This document shows positions 51,201 to 63,994 of a stretch of DNA of 64,000 nt, piece after piece; within the stretch, counting starts at the first letter, position 1; each line of letters starts with the position of its first letter. A program made the translations under genes and the position numbers. Source of the stretch: Eledone cirrhosa. Its lineage: Eukaryota. The DNA is taken from the NCBI GenBank assembly GCA_964016885.1, contig OZ024764.1:5766001-5830000 (forward strand), in the 5' to 3' direction. The notes beneath the pieces are model-generated. The model saw only the letters and a program-made list of their open reading frames with translations, had not been told where the DNA came from and searched no databases.

Positions 51201-54200
51201 GGTATTAGTGGTAGTGTTGGTGGTAGTGTTGGTACTAGTGGTAGTGTTGGTGGTAGTGTTGGTACTAGTGGTAGTGTTGGTGGTAGTGTTGGTACTAGTG
51301 GTAGTGTTGGTGGTAGTGTTGGTACTAGTGGTAGTGTTGGTATTAGTGGTAGTGTTGGTGGTAGTGTTGGTACTAGTGGTAGTGTTGGTATTAGTGGTAG
51401 TGTTGGTGGTAGTGTTGGTACTAGTGGTAGTGTTGGTATTAGTGGTAGTGTTGGTGGTAGTGTTGGTACTAGTGGTAGTGTTGGTGGTAGTGTTGGTGGT
51501 AGTGTTGGTACTAGTGGTAGTGTTGGTGGTAGTGTTGGTACTAGTGGTAGTGTTGGTGGTAGTGTTGGTACTAGTGGTAGTGTTGGTGGTAGTGGTAGTG
51601 TTGGTGGTAGTGTTGGTACTAGTGGTAGTGTTGGTATTAGTGGTAGTGTTGGTGGTAGTGGTAGTGTTGGTACTAGTGGTAGTGTTGGTGGTAGTGTTGG
51701 TACTAGTGGTAGTGTTGGTGGTAGTGTTGGTACTAGTGGTAGTGTTGGTACTAGTGGTAGTGTTGGTGGTAGTGTTGGTACTAGTGGTAGTGTTGGTGGT
51801 AGTGTTGGTACTAGTGGTAGTGTTGGTGGTAGTGTTGGTACTAGTGGTAGTGTTGGTGGTAGTGTTGGTACTAGTGGTAGTGTTGGTGGTAGTGTTGGTG
51901 GTAGTGGTAGTGTTGGTGGTAGTGTTGGTACTAGTGGTAGTGTTGGTGGTAGTGTTGGTACTAGTGGTAGTGTTGGTGGTAGTGTTGGTACTAGTGGTAG
52001 TGTTGGTGGTAGTGTTGGTGGTAGTGGTAGTGTTGGTGGTAGTGTTGGTACTAGTGGTAGTGTTGGTATTAGTGGTAGTGTTGGTGGTAGTGGTAGTGTT
52101 GGTACTAGTGGTAGTGTTGGTGGTAGTGTTGGTACTAGTGGTAGTGTTGGTGGTAGTGTTGGTACTAGTGGTAGTGTTGGTACTAGTGGTAGTGTTGGTG
52201 GTAGTGTTGGTACTAGTGGTAGTGTTGGTGGTAGTGTTGGTACTAGTGGTAGTGTTGGTGGTAGTGTTGGTACTAGTGGTAGTGTTGGTGGTAGTGTTGG
52301 TACTAGTGGTAGTGTTGGTGGTAGTGTTGGTACTAGTGGTAGTGTTGGTGGTAGTGTTGGTACTAGTGGTAGTGTTGGTGGTAGTGTTGGTATTAGTGGT
52401 AGTGTTGGTGGTAGTGGTAGTGTTGGTATTAGTGGTAGTGTTGGTACTAGTGGTAGTGTTGGTACTAGTGGTAGTGTTGGTACTAGTGGTAGTGTTGGTG
52501 GTAGTGTTGGTACTAGTGGTAGTGTTGGTGGTAGTGTTGGTACTAGTGGTAGTGTTGGTGGTAGTGTTGGTACTAGTGGTAGTGTTGGTGGTAGTGTTGG
52601 TACTAGTGGTAGTGTTGGTGGTAGTGTTGGTGGTAGTGGTAGTGTTGGTGGTAGTGTTGGTACTAGTGGTAGTGTTGGTGGTAGTGTTGGTACTAGTGGT
52701 AGTGTTGGTGGTAGTGTTGGTACTAGTGGTAGTGTTGGTGGTAGTGTTGGTGGTAGTGGTAGTGTTGGTGGTAGTGTTGGTACTAGTGGTAGTGTTGGTA
52801 TTAGTGGTAGTGTTGGTGGTAGTGGTAGTGTTGGTACTAGTGGTAGTGTTGGTGGTAGTGTTGGTACTAGTGGTAGTGTTGGTGGTAGTGTTGGTACTAG
52901 TGGTAGTGTTGGTACTAGTGGTAGTGTTGGTGGTAGTGTTGGTACTAGTGGTAGTGTTGGTGGTAGTGTTGGTACTAGTGGTAGTGTTGGTGGTAGTGTT
53001 GGTACTAGTGGTAGTGTTGGTGGTAGTGTTGGTACTAGTGGTAGTGTTGGTGGTAGTGTTGGTACTAGTGGTAGTGTTGGTGGTAGTGTTGGTACTAGTG
53101 GTAGTGTTGGTGGTAGTGTTGGTATTAGTGGTAGTGTTGGTGGTAGTGGTAGTGTTGGTATTAGTGGTAGTGTTGGTACTAGTGGTAGTGTTGGTACTAG
53201 TGGTAGTGTTGGTACTAGTGGTAGTGTTGGTGGTAGTGTTGGTACTAGAGGTAGTGTTGGTGGTAGTGTTGGTACTAGTGGTAGTGTTGGTGGTAGTGTT
53301 GGTACTAGTGGTAGTGTTTGTGGTAGTGTTGGTACTAGTGGTAGTGTTGGTGGTAGTGTTGGTATTAGTGGTAGTGTTGGTGGTAGTGGTAGTGTTGGTA
53401 TTAGTGGTAGTGTTGGTACTAGTGGTAGTGTTGGTACTAGTGGTAGTGTTGGTGGTAGTGTTGGTACTAGTGGTAGTGTTGGTACTAGTGGTAGTGTTGG
53501 TGGTAGAGTTGGTACTAGTGGTAGTGTTGGTACTAGTGGTAGTGTTGGTGGTAGTGTTGGTACTAGTGGTAGTGTTGGTGGTAGTGTTGGTACTAGTGGT
53601 AGTGTTGGTGGTAGTGTTGGTGGTAGTGTTGGTACTAGTGGTAGTGTTGGTGGTAGTGTTGGTACTAGTGGTAGTGTTGGTGGTAGTGTTGGTACTAGTG
53701 GTAGTGTTGGTGGTAGTGTTGGTACTAGTGGTAGTGTTGGTGGTAGTGTTGGTACTAGTGGTAGTGTTGGTGGTAGTGTTGGTACTAGTGGTAGTGTTGG
53801 TACTAGTGGTAGTGTTGGTACTAGTGGTAGTGTTGGTGGTAGTGTTGGTACTAGTGGTAGTGTTGGTATTAGTGGTAGTGTTGGTGGTAGTGGTAGTGTT
53901 GGTACTAGTGGTAGTGTTGGTACTAGTGGTAGTGTTGGTACTAGTGGTAGTGTTGGTGGTAGTGTTGGTACTAGTGGTAGTGTTGGTGGTAGTGTTGGTA
54001 CTAGTGGTAGTGTTGGTGGTAGTGTTGGTACTAGTGGTAGTGTTGGTGGTAGTGTTGGTACTAGTGGTAGTGTTGGTGGTAGTGTTGGTACTAGTGGTAG
54101 TGTTGGTGGTAGTGTTGGTATTAGTGGTAGTGTTGGTGGTAGTGGTAGTGTTGGTATTAGTGGTAGTGTTGGTGGTAGTGTTGGTACTAGTGGTAGTGTT

Positions 54201-55552
54201 GGTACTAGTGGTAGTGTTGGTGGTAGTGGTAGTGTTGGTGGTAGTGGTAGTGTTGGTACTAGTGGTAGTGTTGGTGCTAGTGGTAGTGTTGGTACTAGTG
54301 GTAGTGTTGGTGGTAGTGTTGGTACTAGTGGTAGTGTTGGTACTAGTGGTAGTGTTGGTGGTAGTGGTAGTGTTGGTGGTAGTGGTAGTGTTGGTGGTAG
54401 TGTTGGTACTAGTGGTAGTGTTGGTGGTAGTGTTGGTACTAGTGGTAGTGTTGGTACTAGTGGTAGTGTTGGTGGTAGTGGTAGTGTTGGTGGTAGTGTT
54501 GGTACTAGTGGTAGTGTTGGTACTAGTGGTAGTGTTGGTGGTAGTGGTAGTGTTGGTACTAGTGGTAGTGTTGGTACTAGTGGTAGTGTTGGTACTAGTG
54601 GTAGTGTTGGTGGTAGTGGTAGTGTTGGTACTAGTGGTAGTGTTGGTACTAGTGGTAGTGTTGGTGGTAGTAGTAGTGTTGGTACTAGTGGTAGTGTTGG
54701 TGGTAGTGTTGGTATTAGTGGTAGTGTTGGTACTAGTGGTAGTGTTGGTGGTAGTGTTGGTACTAGTGGTAGTGGTGGTACTAGTGGTAGTGTTGGTACT
54801 AGTGGTAGTGGTAGTGTTGGTGGTAGTGTTGGTACTAGTGGTAGTGTTGGTACTAGTGGTAGTGTTGGTACTAGTGGTAGTGTTGGTACTAGTGGTAGTG
54901 TTGGTGGTAGTGTTGGTACTAGTGGTAGTGTTGGTACTAGTGGTAGTGTTGGTGGTAGTGGTAGTGTTGGTACTAGTGGTAGTGTTGGTACTAGTGGTAG
55001 TGTTGGTACTAGTGTTGGTACTAGTGGTAGTGTTGGTGGTAGTGTTGGTACTAGTGGTAGTGTTGGTACTAGTGGTAGTGTTGGTGGTAGTGTTGGTGGT
55101 AGTGGTAGTGTTGGTACTAGTGGTAGTGTTGGTACTAGTGTTGGTACTAGTGGTAGTGTTGGTACTAGTGGTAGTGTTGGTGGTAGTGTTGGTACTAGTG
55201 GTAGTGTTGGTACTAGTGGTAGTGTTGGTACTAGTGGTAGTGTTGGTACTAGTGGTAGTGTTGGTGGTAGTGTTGGTACTAGTGGTAGTGTTGGTGGTAG
55301 TGGTAGTGTTGGTACTAGTGGTAGTGTTGGTACTAGTGGTAGTGTTGGTGGTAGTGTTGGTACTAGTGGTAGTGTTGGTGGTAGTGGTAGTGTTGGTACT
55401 AGTGGTAGTGTTGGTACTAGTGGTAGTGTTGGTACTAGTGGTAGTGTTGGTGGTAGTGGTAGTGTTGGTACTAGTGGTAGTGTTGGTACTAGTGGTAGTG
55501 TTGGTGGTAGTGTTGGTACTAGTGGTAGTGTTGGTGGTAGTGGTAGTGTTGG
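48226..55552. repeat. 7.3-kb trinucleotide-based (GGT/AGT/GAT) microsatellite with a higher-order 12/18-nt zone
   Basis: 48226-50500 is simple. 50500-55552 is built from AGTGTTGGTGGT and AGTGTTGGTACTAGTGGT blocks. Confidence 0.97.
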
Positions 55553-55559
55553 TACCTAC

Positions 55560-55613
55560 CTGTGTGTCATCAGAGTGGTACTTTGCAGCATCAACTACCG
55601 TCATGTCCTGCAT
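55560..55613 (-). CDS. LZTR1: LZTR1 small exon (MQDMTVVDAAKYHSDDTQ), variable insertion in BTB1
   Basis: TTTCCTCAG acceptor, CAG|GTAGGT donor, 54 nt, phase 0/0 consistent with neighbours. No sequence homology, as expected for this loop. Confidence 0.7.
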
Positions 55614-55847
55614 CTGAGGAAATAAACCCAACAATTAGGTCAGAAAACTATGAAAAATTGAGGATTACCTTCCCCCTAATTAAACAACATTTCCTTTAAT
55701 TAATGAAGAATTTACTACTCTACTAGAAATATTAATTATTTCATTACTAAGATAGTAAATTAACATAAGGTTCTTATATAAAATTATACTGGAAGATTTT
55801 AACTAAAATAAGAACCCTTTAAAATGTTTCAATTAATTAAGTGAGAA

Positions 55848-56466
55848 TTTTAAGGGATTTAGTACTAAAATAATTAATTATTTCTTTATTAAGACAGTAA
55901 ATTAACATATGGTTCTTGTCTAAAATTATGTTGAAAGATTTTGATACTGTATTTTAATTAATTAATGAAGAATTTTAAGGGATTTACTACTAAAATCATT
56001 AATTATTTCTTTATTAAGACAGTAAATTAACATATGGTTCTTGTCTAAAATTATGTTGAAAGATTTTGATACTGTATTTTAATTAATTAATGAAGAATTT
56101 TAAGGGATTTACTACTAAAATCATTAATTATTTCTTTATTAAGACAGTAAATTAACATATGGTTCTTGTCTAAAATTATGTTGAAAGATTTTGATACTGT
56201 ATTTTAATTAATTAATGAAGAATTTTAAGGGATTTACTACTAAAATCATTAATTATTTCTTTATTAAGACAGTAAATTAACATATGGTTCTTGTCTAAAA
56301 TTATGTTGAAAGATTTTGATACTGTATTTTAATTAATTAATGAAGAATTTTAAGGGATTTACTACTAAAATCATTAATTATTTCTTTATTAAGACAGTAA
56401 ATTAACATATGGTTCTTGTCTAAAATTATGTTCAAAGATTTTGATACTGTATTTTAATTAATTAAT
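55848..56466. repeat. 125-bp AT-rich tandem repeat, about 5 copies
   Basis: TTTTAAGGGATTTACTACTAAAATC... recurs every 125 bp. Confidence 0.9.
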
Positions 56467-56647
56467 TGTTTCTACTTTAGGCACAAGGCCAGCAATTACC
56501 CAGTGCATTACTGGTACTTTATTTTATCGACCCCGTAAGGATGAAAGGCAAAGTCAACCTCGGTGGGATTTGAACTCAGATCGTAAAGGGACGTAACTAT
56601 GCTAGAAAGCATGGCGTCCGACCCTCCACCAATACTGCCAATCCACC
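56467..56647 (-). mobile_element. SINE family 3 insertion with target-site duplication
   Basis: GTATTTTAATTAATTAAT flanks both sides. Confidence 0.88.
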
Positions 56648-56877
56648 GTATTTTAATTAATTAATGAAGAATTTTAATTGATTTACTAAATTAATCAATT
56701 ATTTCTTTACTAAGCATAGCATAGAGTTTGATTGACAAGATCCCAGATTTCATTCACTTACTGAGTGTAGTGGAACTCGTCAAATCGGACCAAGGAAATA
56801 ATGTTTCCATTGGTTTTTCCATAGTAACTTGACATATGGTTCTACTATAAAATTATGTTGGAAGATTTTAATTTAAA

Positions 56878-57303
56878 TGATGAGTTGTAGTGCACCTGAG
56901 CACTGTACACAATAATTTCATTATTATTATTATATCATGACTCATTCACTGTTCACTTTCCTGACATTTGTACATTATTCTATGTACTATACATGCACCT
57001 TTGATGAGTTGTAGTGCACCTGAGCACTGTACACAATAATTTCATTATTATTATTATATCATGACTCATTCACTGTTCACTTTCCTGACATTTGTACATT
57101 ATTCTATGTACTGTACATGCACCTTTGATGAGTTGTAGTGCACCTGAGCACTGTACACAATAATTTCATTATTATTATTATATCATGACTCATTCACTGT
57201 TCACTTTCCTGACATTTGTACATTATTCTATGTACTGTACATGCACCTTTGATGAGTTGTAGTGCACCTGAACACTGTACACAATAATTTCATTATTATT
57301 ATT
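56878..57303 (+). repeat. 124-bp tandem repeat (about 3.4 copies) of a LINE 3' UTR
   Basis: GAGTTGTAGTGCACCTGAGCACTGTACACAATAATTTCATTATTATT, same as the reverse complement of 30010-30060. Confidence 0.88.
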
Positions 57304-57914
57304 TTTTAAATAGGAACCCTTTAAAATGAGTGGTTTTATTTCATAGAACCAGAACCTACTTTAGCTGGGTTGGTTTCAAAAGGGTTAGATATCTTTGACA
57401 AATGAGGCTTTCATGAAAATATTTTAAATATCTTTCACCCAAAGGGGCCTTCCCGCAACTATTTCACCACATTGTAACCACATTGCCTATAATTTACAAA
57501 TAATTTTGAAAATACTTAAGAATTTAGAGTAATTTAGTAATATAACTAATTTTCTCTGGTGTTTGGAACATAACTTAATAAAGGTTCTTACATAAAATTA
57601 TGATAGGCTGTTTAAATAAATATAAACAGCTTAAACCAAACAGTTATGTTTCATAAAACCAGGGCTGGCTTCAGGTGGTTTGATATCAAAAGGGTTAAGC
57701 TGGTGTTTAGAACATAACTTAACAAAGGTTCTTAGATAAAATTATGATGGAAGGTTTTTAGATAAATATAAACACTTTAAAACCTTTTAATATAACTAAC
57801 TTTCTCATTAATAAGTTGCTATTTGGAACATAACTTAACAAAGGTTCTTACATAAAATTATAATGGAAGGGTGTTTAGATAAATATAAACATTTTAATAC
57901 TTTGTAATATAACT

Positions 57915-58802
57915 ACCGTATATGCCAGTGTACAAGTCAACATTTGGAGCCTAAAAATATCTCTCCAAACCAGGGGTTGACTTGTCTGCCAAATACAGAA
58001 TGTTGACCTTTACCACTGAGGGGTAAACAGTGAAAGTGCCTGCCTAACACTTGTTGTACACCACTTACCATAACTCTAGCAACCCACCACAATTATTTCT
58101 ACTGAATCTCATATTTGTTAAGTCTAACGTAGAGATTATAATAATATCACTTGCTGTAGCTTATAGGGTAGGTTACCATAGGTTAGGTTACTGTAGGGTA
58201 GGTTACCATAGGGTAGGTTACCATAGAGTAGGTTACCATTGGGTAGGTTACCATAGGATATGTTACTATAGAGTAGGTTACCATAGGGTAGGTTACAATA
58301 GTTTAGGTTACCATAGGGTAGGTTACTGTAGGGTAGGTTACCATAGCGTAGGTTACTATAGGGTAGGTTACCATAGGGTAGGTTACCATAAGGTAGGTTA
58401 CCATAGGTTAGGTTACCATAGGGTAGGTTACCATAGGGTAGGTTACCATAAGGTAGGTTACCATAGGTTAGGTTACCATAGGATATGTTACCATAGAGTA
58501 GGTTACAATAGTTTAGGTTACCATAGGTGAAGTTAGCATACGGTAGGTTACCATAGGTTTGTTAAGGTTAGGCTAGGCTGGTTTACTCAGTGAGTTAGAA
58601 CTCACGTGCGACTGTAGTGTTTTAGAAGAAGTGTCTTAGCCTTTAGTGCGCCACTAAACTTTTTGAATTATTTCCCCTGCAACTGCTTTATTTTTGGTGG
58701 GTTGTCTTATCCGGCAAATATAGCCTTAAACCTGAATTACACCTCAGAATTTTAGGGGTCAACTTATGTGCTGGATCGACTTGTATGTCGGCATATACAG
58801 TA
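57915..58802. mobile_element. Tc1/mariner-pogo-type MITE containing a 15-bp minisatellite (GGGTAGGTTACCATA, 58161-58557)
   Basis: TIRs TA-CCGTATATGCCAGTGTACAAGTC / GACTTGTATGTCGGCATATACAG-TA. Confidence 0.75.
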
Positions 58803-59128
58803 ACTTTCTCATTAAATTGGTGTTTGGAACATAACTTAACAAAGGTTCTTACATAAAATTATAATGGAAGGCTGTTTAGATAAATATAAACATTCTAACA
58901 CTTTGTAATATAACTAACTTTCTCATTATTAAGTTGGTGTTTGGAACATAACTTAAAGGTTCTTACATAATAGTACGATGGAAGACTGATAGATAAACAT
59001 AAACAGCTTAAACCAAACAGTTTTATATCATAAAAGCAAACTGGTTTCAGGTGGTTTGGTATCAAAAGGGATAAATACAGGCCTAGAGGATTTCAATATG
59101 TGAAGTGGTCAAAGTAATGGGGACTTAC

Positions 59129-59218
59129 CAGCTGGGTTCTGGCCCTTTTGATCCTGGTCTTCAACAGGGGCGAGCGGGCAGCCACCAGAGCTATGTGGGC
59201 TGGGATCTCAACTTTTTC
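59129..59218 (-). CDS. LZTR1: LZTR1 exon (EKVEIPAHIALVAARSPLLKTRIKRARTQL)
   Basis: ATCTAG acceptor, CTG|GTAAGT donor, 90 nt. Matches human GHVAIVTARSRWLRRKI. Confidence 0.95.
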
Positions 59219-59486
59219 CTAGATACAAGATAAAAATGTTATGGTTGACTAGTAAATGTAGATTGACAATGTTATAGGGTATGGTATGGTCCCGTAACTC
59301 CTGGGGGAGTCGGACAGGTGTTGTATTGACATACAGCATTTCTTGGGACATTTTAAGCCTGGCAGAGCCCCTCCCTCTCCAGGCCCAAGTACAACAGATA
59401 TTTTTCCAGAGAAGGATCGAAAGTAAGAAAGAGATACGGAGGAAAAATCGACCCCAGTGCTAGACTGGAACTTTATATATATATAT

Positions 59487-59830
59487 GGAGGCACATGGCT
59501 TAGTGGTTAGAGCATTGGTCTTGCAATCGAAAGGTTGTGAGTTCAATTCTCAGACCGGGTGATGTGTTGTTTCCTTGAGCAAGACACTTTATTTCACGTT
59601 GCTCCAGTTTACTCAGCTGTAGAAATGAGATGATAGGGACTGGGGTCCCTATCATTCCACTGCAAAGTGGTCGTGGAGGTGCCACGGTAAAAAAGCACCC
59701 AGCACTCACTGTAAATGAGGTTGGTGTTAGGAAGGGCATCCAGCTGTAGAAATCAAGCCAGAATCAGTTCCCGTCCCACCCTTGCAAGCAGGGAAAAAGC
59801 GGACGTAAAATGAAATGATGATGATGATGA
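59487..59830 (+). mobile_element. SINE family 1
   Basis: Near-identical to the 11262 copy. Confidence 0.9.
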
Positions 59831-60023
59831 TATATATATATATATATGTAAATGTGGTTGGTGTTAGGAAGGGCATCCAACTGTAGAAAACCCGCCAGAC
59901 AGTCCTATGCAAGCAAGACTACCACTCTTGCCTCAAGTGGGAAAACCCCCGTTCAAACCCATGCAAGCGTGGAACACGGACGCTAAACCTGATGATGATG
60001 ATGATATATATATATATAAATAT

Positions 60024-60230
60024 AAGGCGTGTGGCTGAGTAGTTAGAGAATTAGATTCACAATCTTGAGGTTGTGAGTTCGATTCCTGGACCGGGCGATG
60101 CGTTATGTCCTTGAGCAAGACACTTTATTTCACGTTGCTCCTTCTACCTGGAGTTGCGACCGACAGATAGTATTAGCAATTGGAAAGACCAACGGAAACA
60201 TTGTTTCCTCGGTCCGATTTGATGAAAGTC
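60024..60230 (+). mobile_element. SINE family 2
   Basis: GGCGTGTGGCTGAGTAGTTAG...GAGTTCGATTCC head. Confidence 0.85.
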
Positions 60231-60449
60231 GATCGAAATATAAATATATACATGTCTTCTCTCCAGCATCTCCGCTAGCAGGGAAAAGCGGACGTAAAAT
60301 GATGATGATGATGATGATATATGGAGAGATGGAGTGAGAAGGAGATATAGAGATATAATGTTATAGAGTTAATAACAAAACCTACACACATGCGCTCTCA
60401 GTTTCTACAGCTGAATGCCCTTCCTAACGCCAATCACATTTACAGGACG

Positions 60450-62457
60450 GACTGGGTGCTTTTTGCATGTCACCAACACAACCACTTTACAGGGTGTACT
60501 GGGTGTTTTTTGTCCTGTCACCAACACAACCACTCTACAGGGTGTACTGGGTGTTTTTTGCCCTGTCACCAACACAACCACTTTACAGGGTGTACTGGGT
60601 GTTTTTTGTCCTGTCACCAACACAACCACTTTACAGGATGTACTGGGTGTTTTTTGTCCTGTCACCAACACAACCACTTTACAGGGTGTACTGGGTGTTT
60701 TTTGTCCTGTCACCAACACAACCACTTTACAGGGTGTACTGGGTGTTTTTTGTCCTGTCACCAACACAACCACTTTACAGGATGTACTGGGTGTTTTTTG
60801 TCCTGTCACCAACACAACCACTTTACAGGGTGTACTGGGTGTTTTTTGTCCTGTCACCAAAACAACCACTTTACAGGATGTACTGGGTGTTTTTTGTCCT
60901 GTCACCAACACAACCACTTTACAGGGTGTACTGGGTGTTTTTTGTCCTGTCACCAACAAAACCACTTTACAGGGTGTACTGGGTGTTTTTTGTCCTGTCA
61001 CCAACACAACCACTCTACAGGGTGTACTGGGTGTTTTTTGTCCTGTCACCAACACAACCACTTTACAGGGTGTACTGGGTGTTTTTGTCATGCCACCAAC
61101 ATAACCACTTTACAGGGTGTACTGGGTGTTTTTGTCATGCCACCAACATAACCACTTTACAGGGTGTACTGGGTGTTCTTGTCCTGTCACCAACACAACC
61201 ACTTTACAGGGTGTACTGGGTGTTTTTGTCCTGTCACCAACACAACCACTTTACAGGGTGTACTGGGTGTTTTTGTCCTGTCACCAACACAACCACTTTA
61301 CAGGGTGTACTGGGTGTTTTTTGTCATGTCACCAACACAACCACTTTACAGGGTGTACTGGGTGTTTTTTGTCCTGTCACCAACACAACCACTTTACAGG
61401 GTGTACTGGGTGTTTTTTGTCCTGTCACCAACACAACCACTTTACAGGGTGTACTGGTTGTTTTTGTCCTGTCACCAACACAACCACTTTAGAGGGTGTA
61501 CTGGGTGTTTTTTGTCCTGTCACCAACACAACCACTTTACAGGGTGTACTGGGTGTTTTTTGTCCTGTCACCAACACAACCACTTTACAGGGTGTACTGG
61601 GTGTTTTTTGTCCTGTCACCAACACAACCACTTTACAGGGTGTACTGGTTGTTTTTTGCCCTGTCACCAACACAACCACTTTACAGGGTGTACTGGGTGT
61701 TTTTTGCCCTGTCACCAACACAACCACTTTACAGGGTGTACTGGGTGTTTTTTGTCCTGTCACCAACACAACCACTTTACAGGGTGTACTGGGTGTTTTT
61801 GTCATGTCACCAACACAACCACTTTACAGGATGTACTGGGTGTTTTTTGTCCTGTCACCAACAAAACCACTTTACAGGGTGTACTGGGTGTTTTTTGTCC
61901 TGTCACCAACAAAACCACTTTACAGGGTGTACTGGGTGTTTTTTGACCTGTCACCAACACAACCACTTTACAGGGTGTACTGGGTGTTTTTTGTCCTGTC
62001 ACCAACACAACCACTTTACAGGGTATACTGGGTGTTTTTTGTCCTGTCACCAACAAAACCACTTTACAGGGTGTACTGGGTGTTTTTTGTCCTGTCACCA
62101 AAACAACCACTTTACAGGGTGTACTGGGTGTTTTTTGTCCTGTCACCAACAAAACCACTTTACAGGGTGTACTGGGTGTTTTTTGTCCTGTCACCAACAC
62201 AACCACTTTACAGGGTGTACTGGGTGTTTTTTGTCCTGTCACCAACACAACCACGTTACAGGGTGTACTGGGTGTTTTTTGTCCTGTCACCAACACAACC
62301 ACTTTACAGGGTGTACTGGGTGTTTTTTGTCCTGTCACCAACACAACCACTTTACAGGGTGTACTGGGTGTTTTTTGTCCTGTCACCAACACAACCACTT
62401 TACAGGGTGTACTGGGTGTTTTTTGTCCTGTCACCAACACAACCACGTTACAGGGTA
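60450..62457. repeat. 48-bp minisatellite (about 42 copies) from a SINE internal segment, reverse orientation
   Basis: Unit GTCACCAACACAACCACTTTACAGGGTGTACTGGGTGTTTTTTGTCCT. Confidence 0.95.
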
Positions 62458-62735
62458 TATACAACCAAAACAATTATTAACACACACACAGAAATATTTA
62501 CACATACACAAACACTGACCCACACAGAGAACACTGTCACACACACACTTACTGTCACACATACACACAACACAGTCTACACACACACACACACACACAC
62601 ACGATACTCACCCTGTCCACACTCGCACACACACACTGACATTCACACACACACAAACACTGACATACATAGACACATACACACTGACATACACACACAC
62701 ACGTACACACTGACACAAAGAAGTAGCGTCCTTAC

Positions 62736-62828
62736 CGCTCCAACAATGAAGGAAACATCACAGAATTGACGAGACTCCAGCAGACGTTCATAGTCTTCGT
62801 GTAGGGTACATTTGGGATAACTGGAGAA
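62736..62828 (-). CDS. LZTR1: LZTR1 exon ([31 protein letters not shown]), start of BTB1
   Basis: TTTCAG acceptor, GCG|GTAAGG donor, 93 nt. Matches human [30 protein letters not shown]. Confidence 0.96.
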
Positions 62829-63994
62829 CTGAAATAGGATATAGACCTGTTGTAGGGTACATTTGGGATAACTGGAGAACTGAAATAGGATATAGACCTG
62901 CTGTAGGATACATTTGGGATAACTGGAGAACTGAAATAGGATATAGACCTGTTGTAGGATACATTTGGGATAACTGGAGAACTGAAATAGGATATAGACC
63001 TGTTGTAGGGTACATTTGGGATAACTGGAGAACTGAAATAGGATATAGACCTGTTGTAGGGTACATTTGGGATAACTGGAGAACTGAAATAGGATATAGA
63101 CCTGTTGTAGGGTACATTTGGGATAACTGGAGAACTGAAATAGGATATAGACCTGTTGTAGGGTACATTTGGGATAACTGGAGAACTGAAATAGGATATA
63201 GACCTGTTGTAGGGTACATTTGGGATAACTGGAGAACTGAAATAGGATATAGACCTGTTGTAGGTTACATTTGGGATAACTGGAGAACTGAAATAGGATA
63301 TAGACCTGTTGTAGGGTACATTTGGGAGAACTGAAATAGGATATAGACCTGTTGTAGGATACATTTGGGATAACTGGAGAACTGAAATAGGATATAGACC
63401 TGTTCTAGGGTACATTTGGGATAACTGGAGAACTGAAATAGGATATAGACCTGTTGTAGGATACATTTGGGATAACTGGAGAACTGAAATAGGATATAGA
63501 CCTGTTGTAGGGTACATTTGGGATAACTGGAGAACTGAAATAGGATATAGACCTGTTGTAGGATACATTTGGGATAACTGGAGAACTGAAATAGGATATA
63601 GACCTGTTGTAGGATACATTTGGGATAACTGGAGAACTGAAATAGGATATAGACCTGTTGTAGGGTACATTTGGGATAACTGGAGAACTGAAATAGGATA
63701 TAGACCTGTTGTAGGATACATTTGGGATAACTGGAGAACTGAAATAGGATATAGACCTGTTGTAGGGTACATTTGGGATAACAGGAGAACTGAAATAGGA
63801 TATAGACCTGTTGTAGGATACATTTGGGATAACTGGAGAACTGAAATAGGATATAGACCTGTTGTAGGGTACATTTGGGATAACTGGAGAACTGAAATGG
63901 GATATAGACCTGTTGTAGGGTACATTTGGGATAACTGGAGAACTGAAATGGGATATAGACCTGTTGTAGGGTACATTTGGGATAACTGGAGAAC
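62801..63994 (-). repeat. 51-bp tandem array (about 23 copies) of the LZTR1 splice acceptor plus exon start
   Basis: Minus-strand unit ACAGGTCTATATCCTATTTCAG|TTCTCCAGTTATCCCAAATGTACCCTACA. Confidence 0.95.

Noticed and set aside
48226-55617. 2463-aa poly-Val protein or stand-alone mucin gene
   Set aside because: Triplet microsatellite open on both strands by composition, with no signal peptide or domains. It lies within an LZTR1 intron.
58051-58530. (VGYHR)n cuticle/beak-like repeat protein or telomeric repeat
   Set aside because: 15-bp minisatellite inside a MITE, with no splice or signal evidence. Not a TTAGGG array.
60390-62769. Cys/His-rich repeat proteins (CHQHNHFTGCTGC) resembling multiheme or metal-binding proteins
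   Set aside because: Translation of a SINE-derived 48-bp minisatellite with frequent frameshifts.
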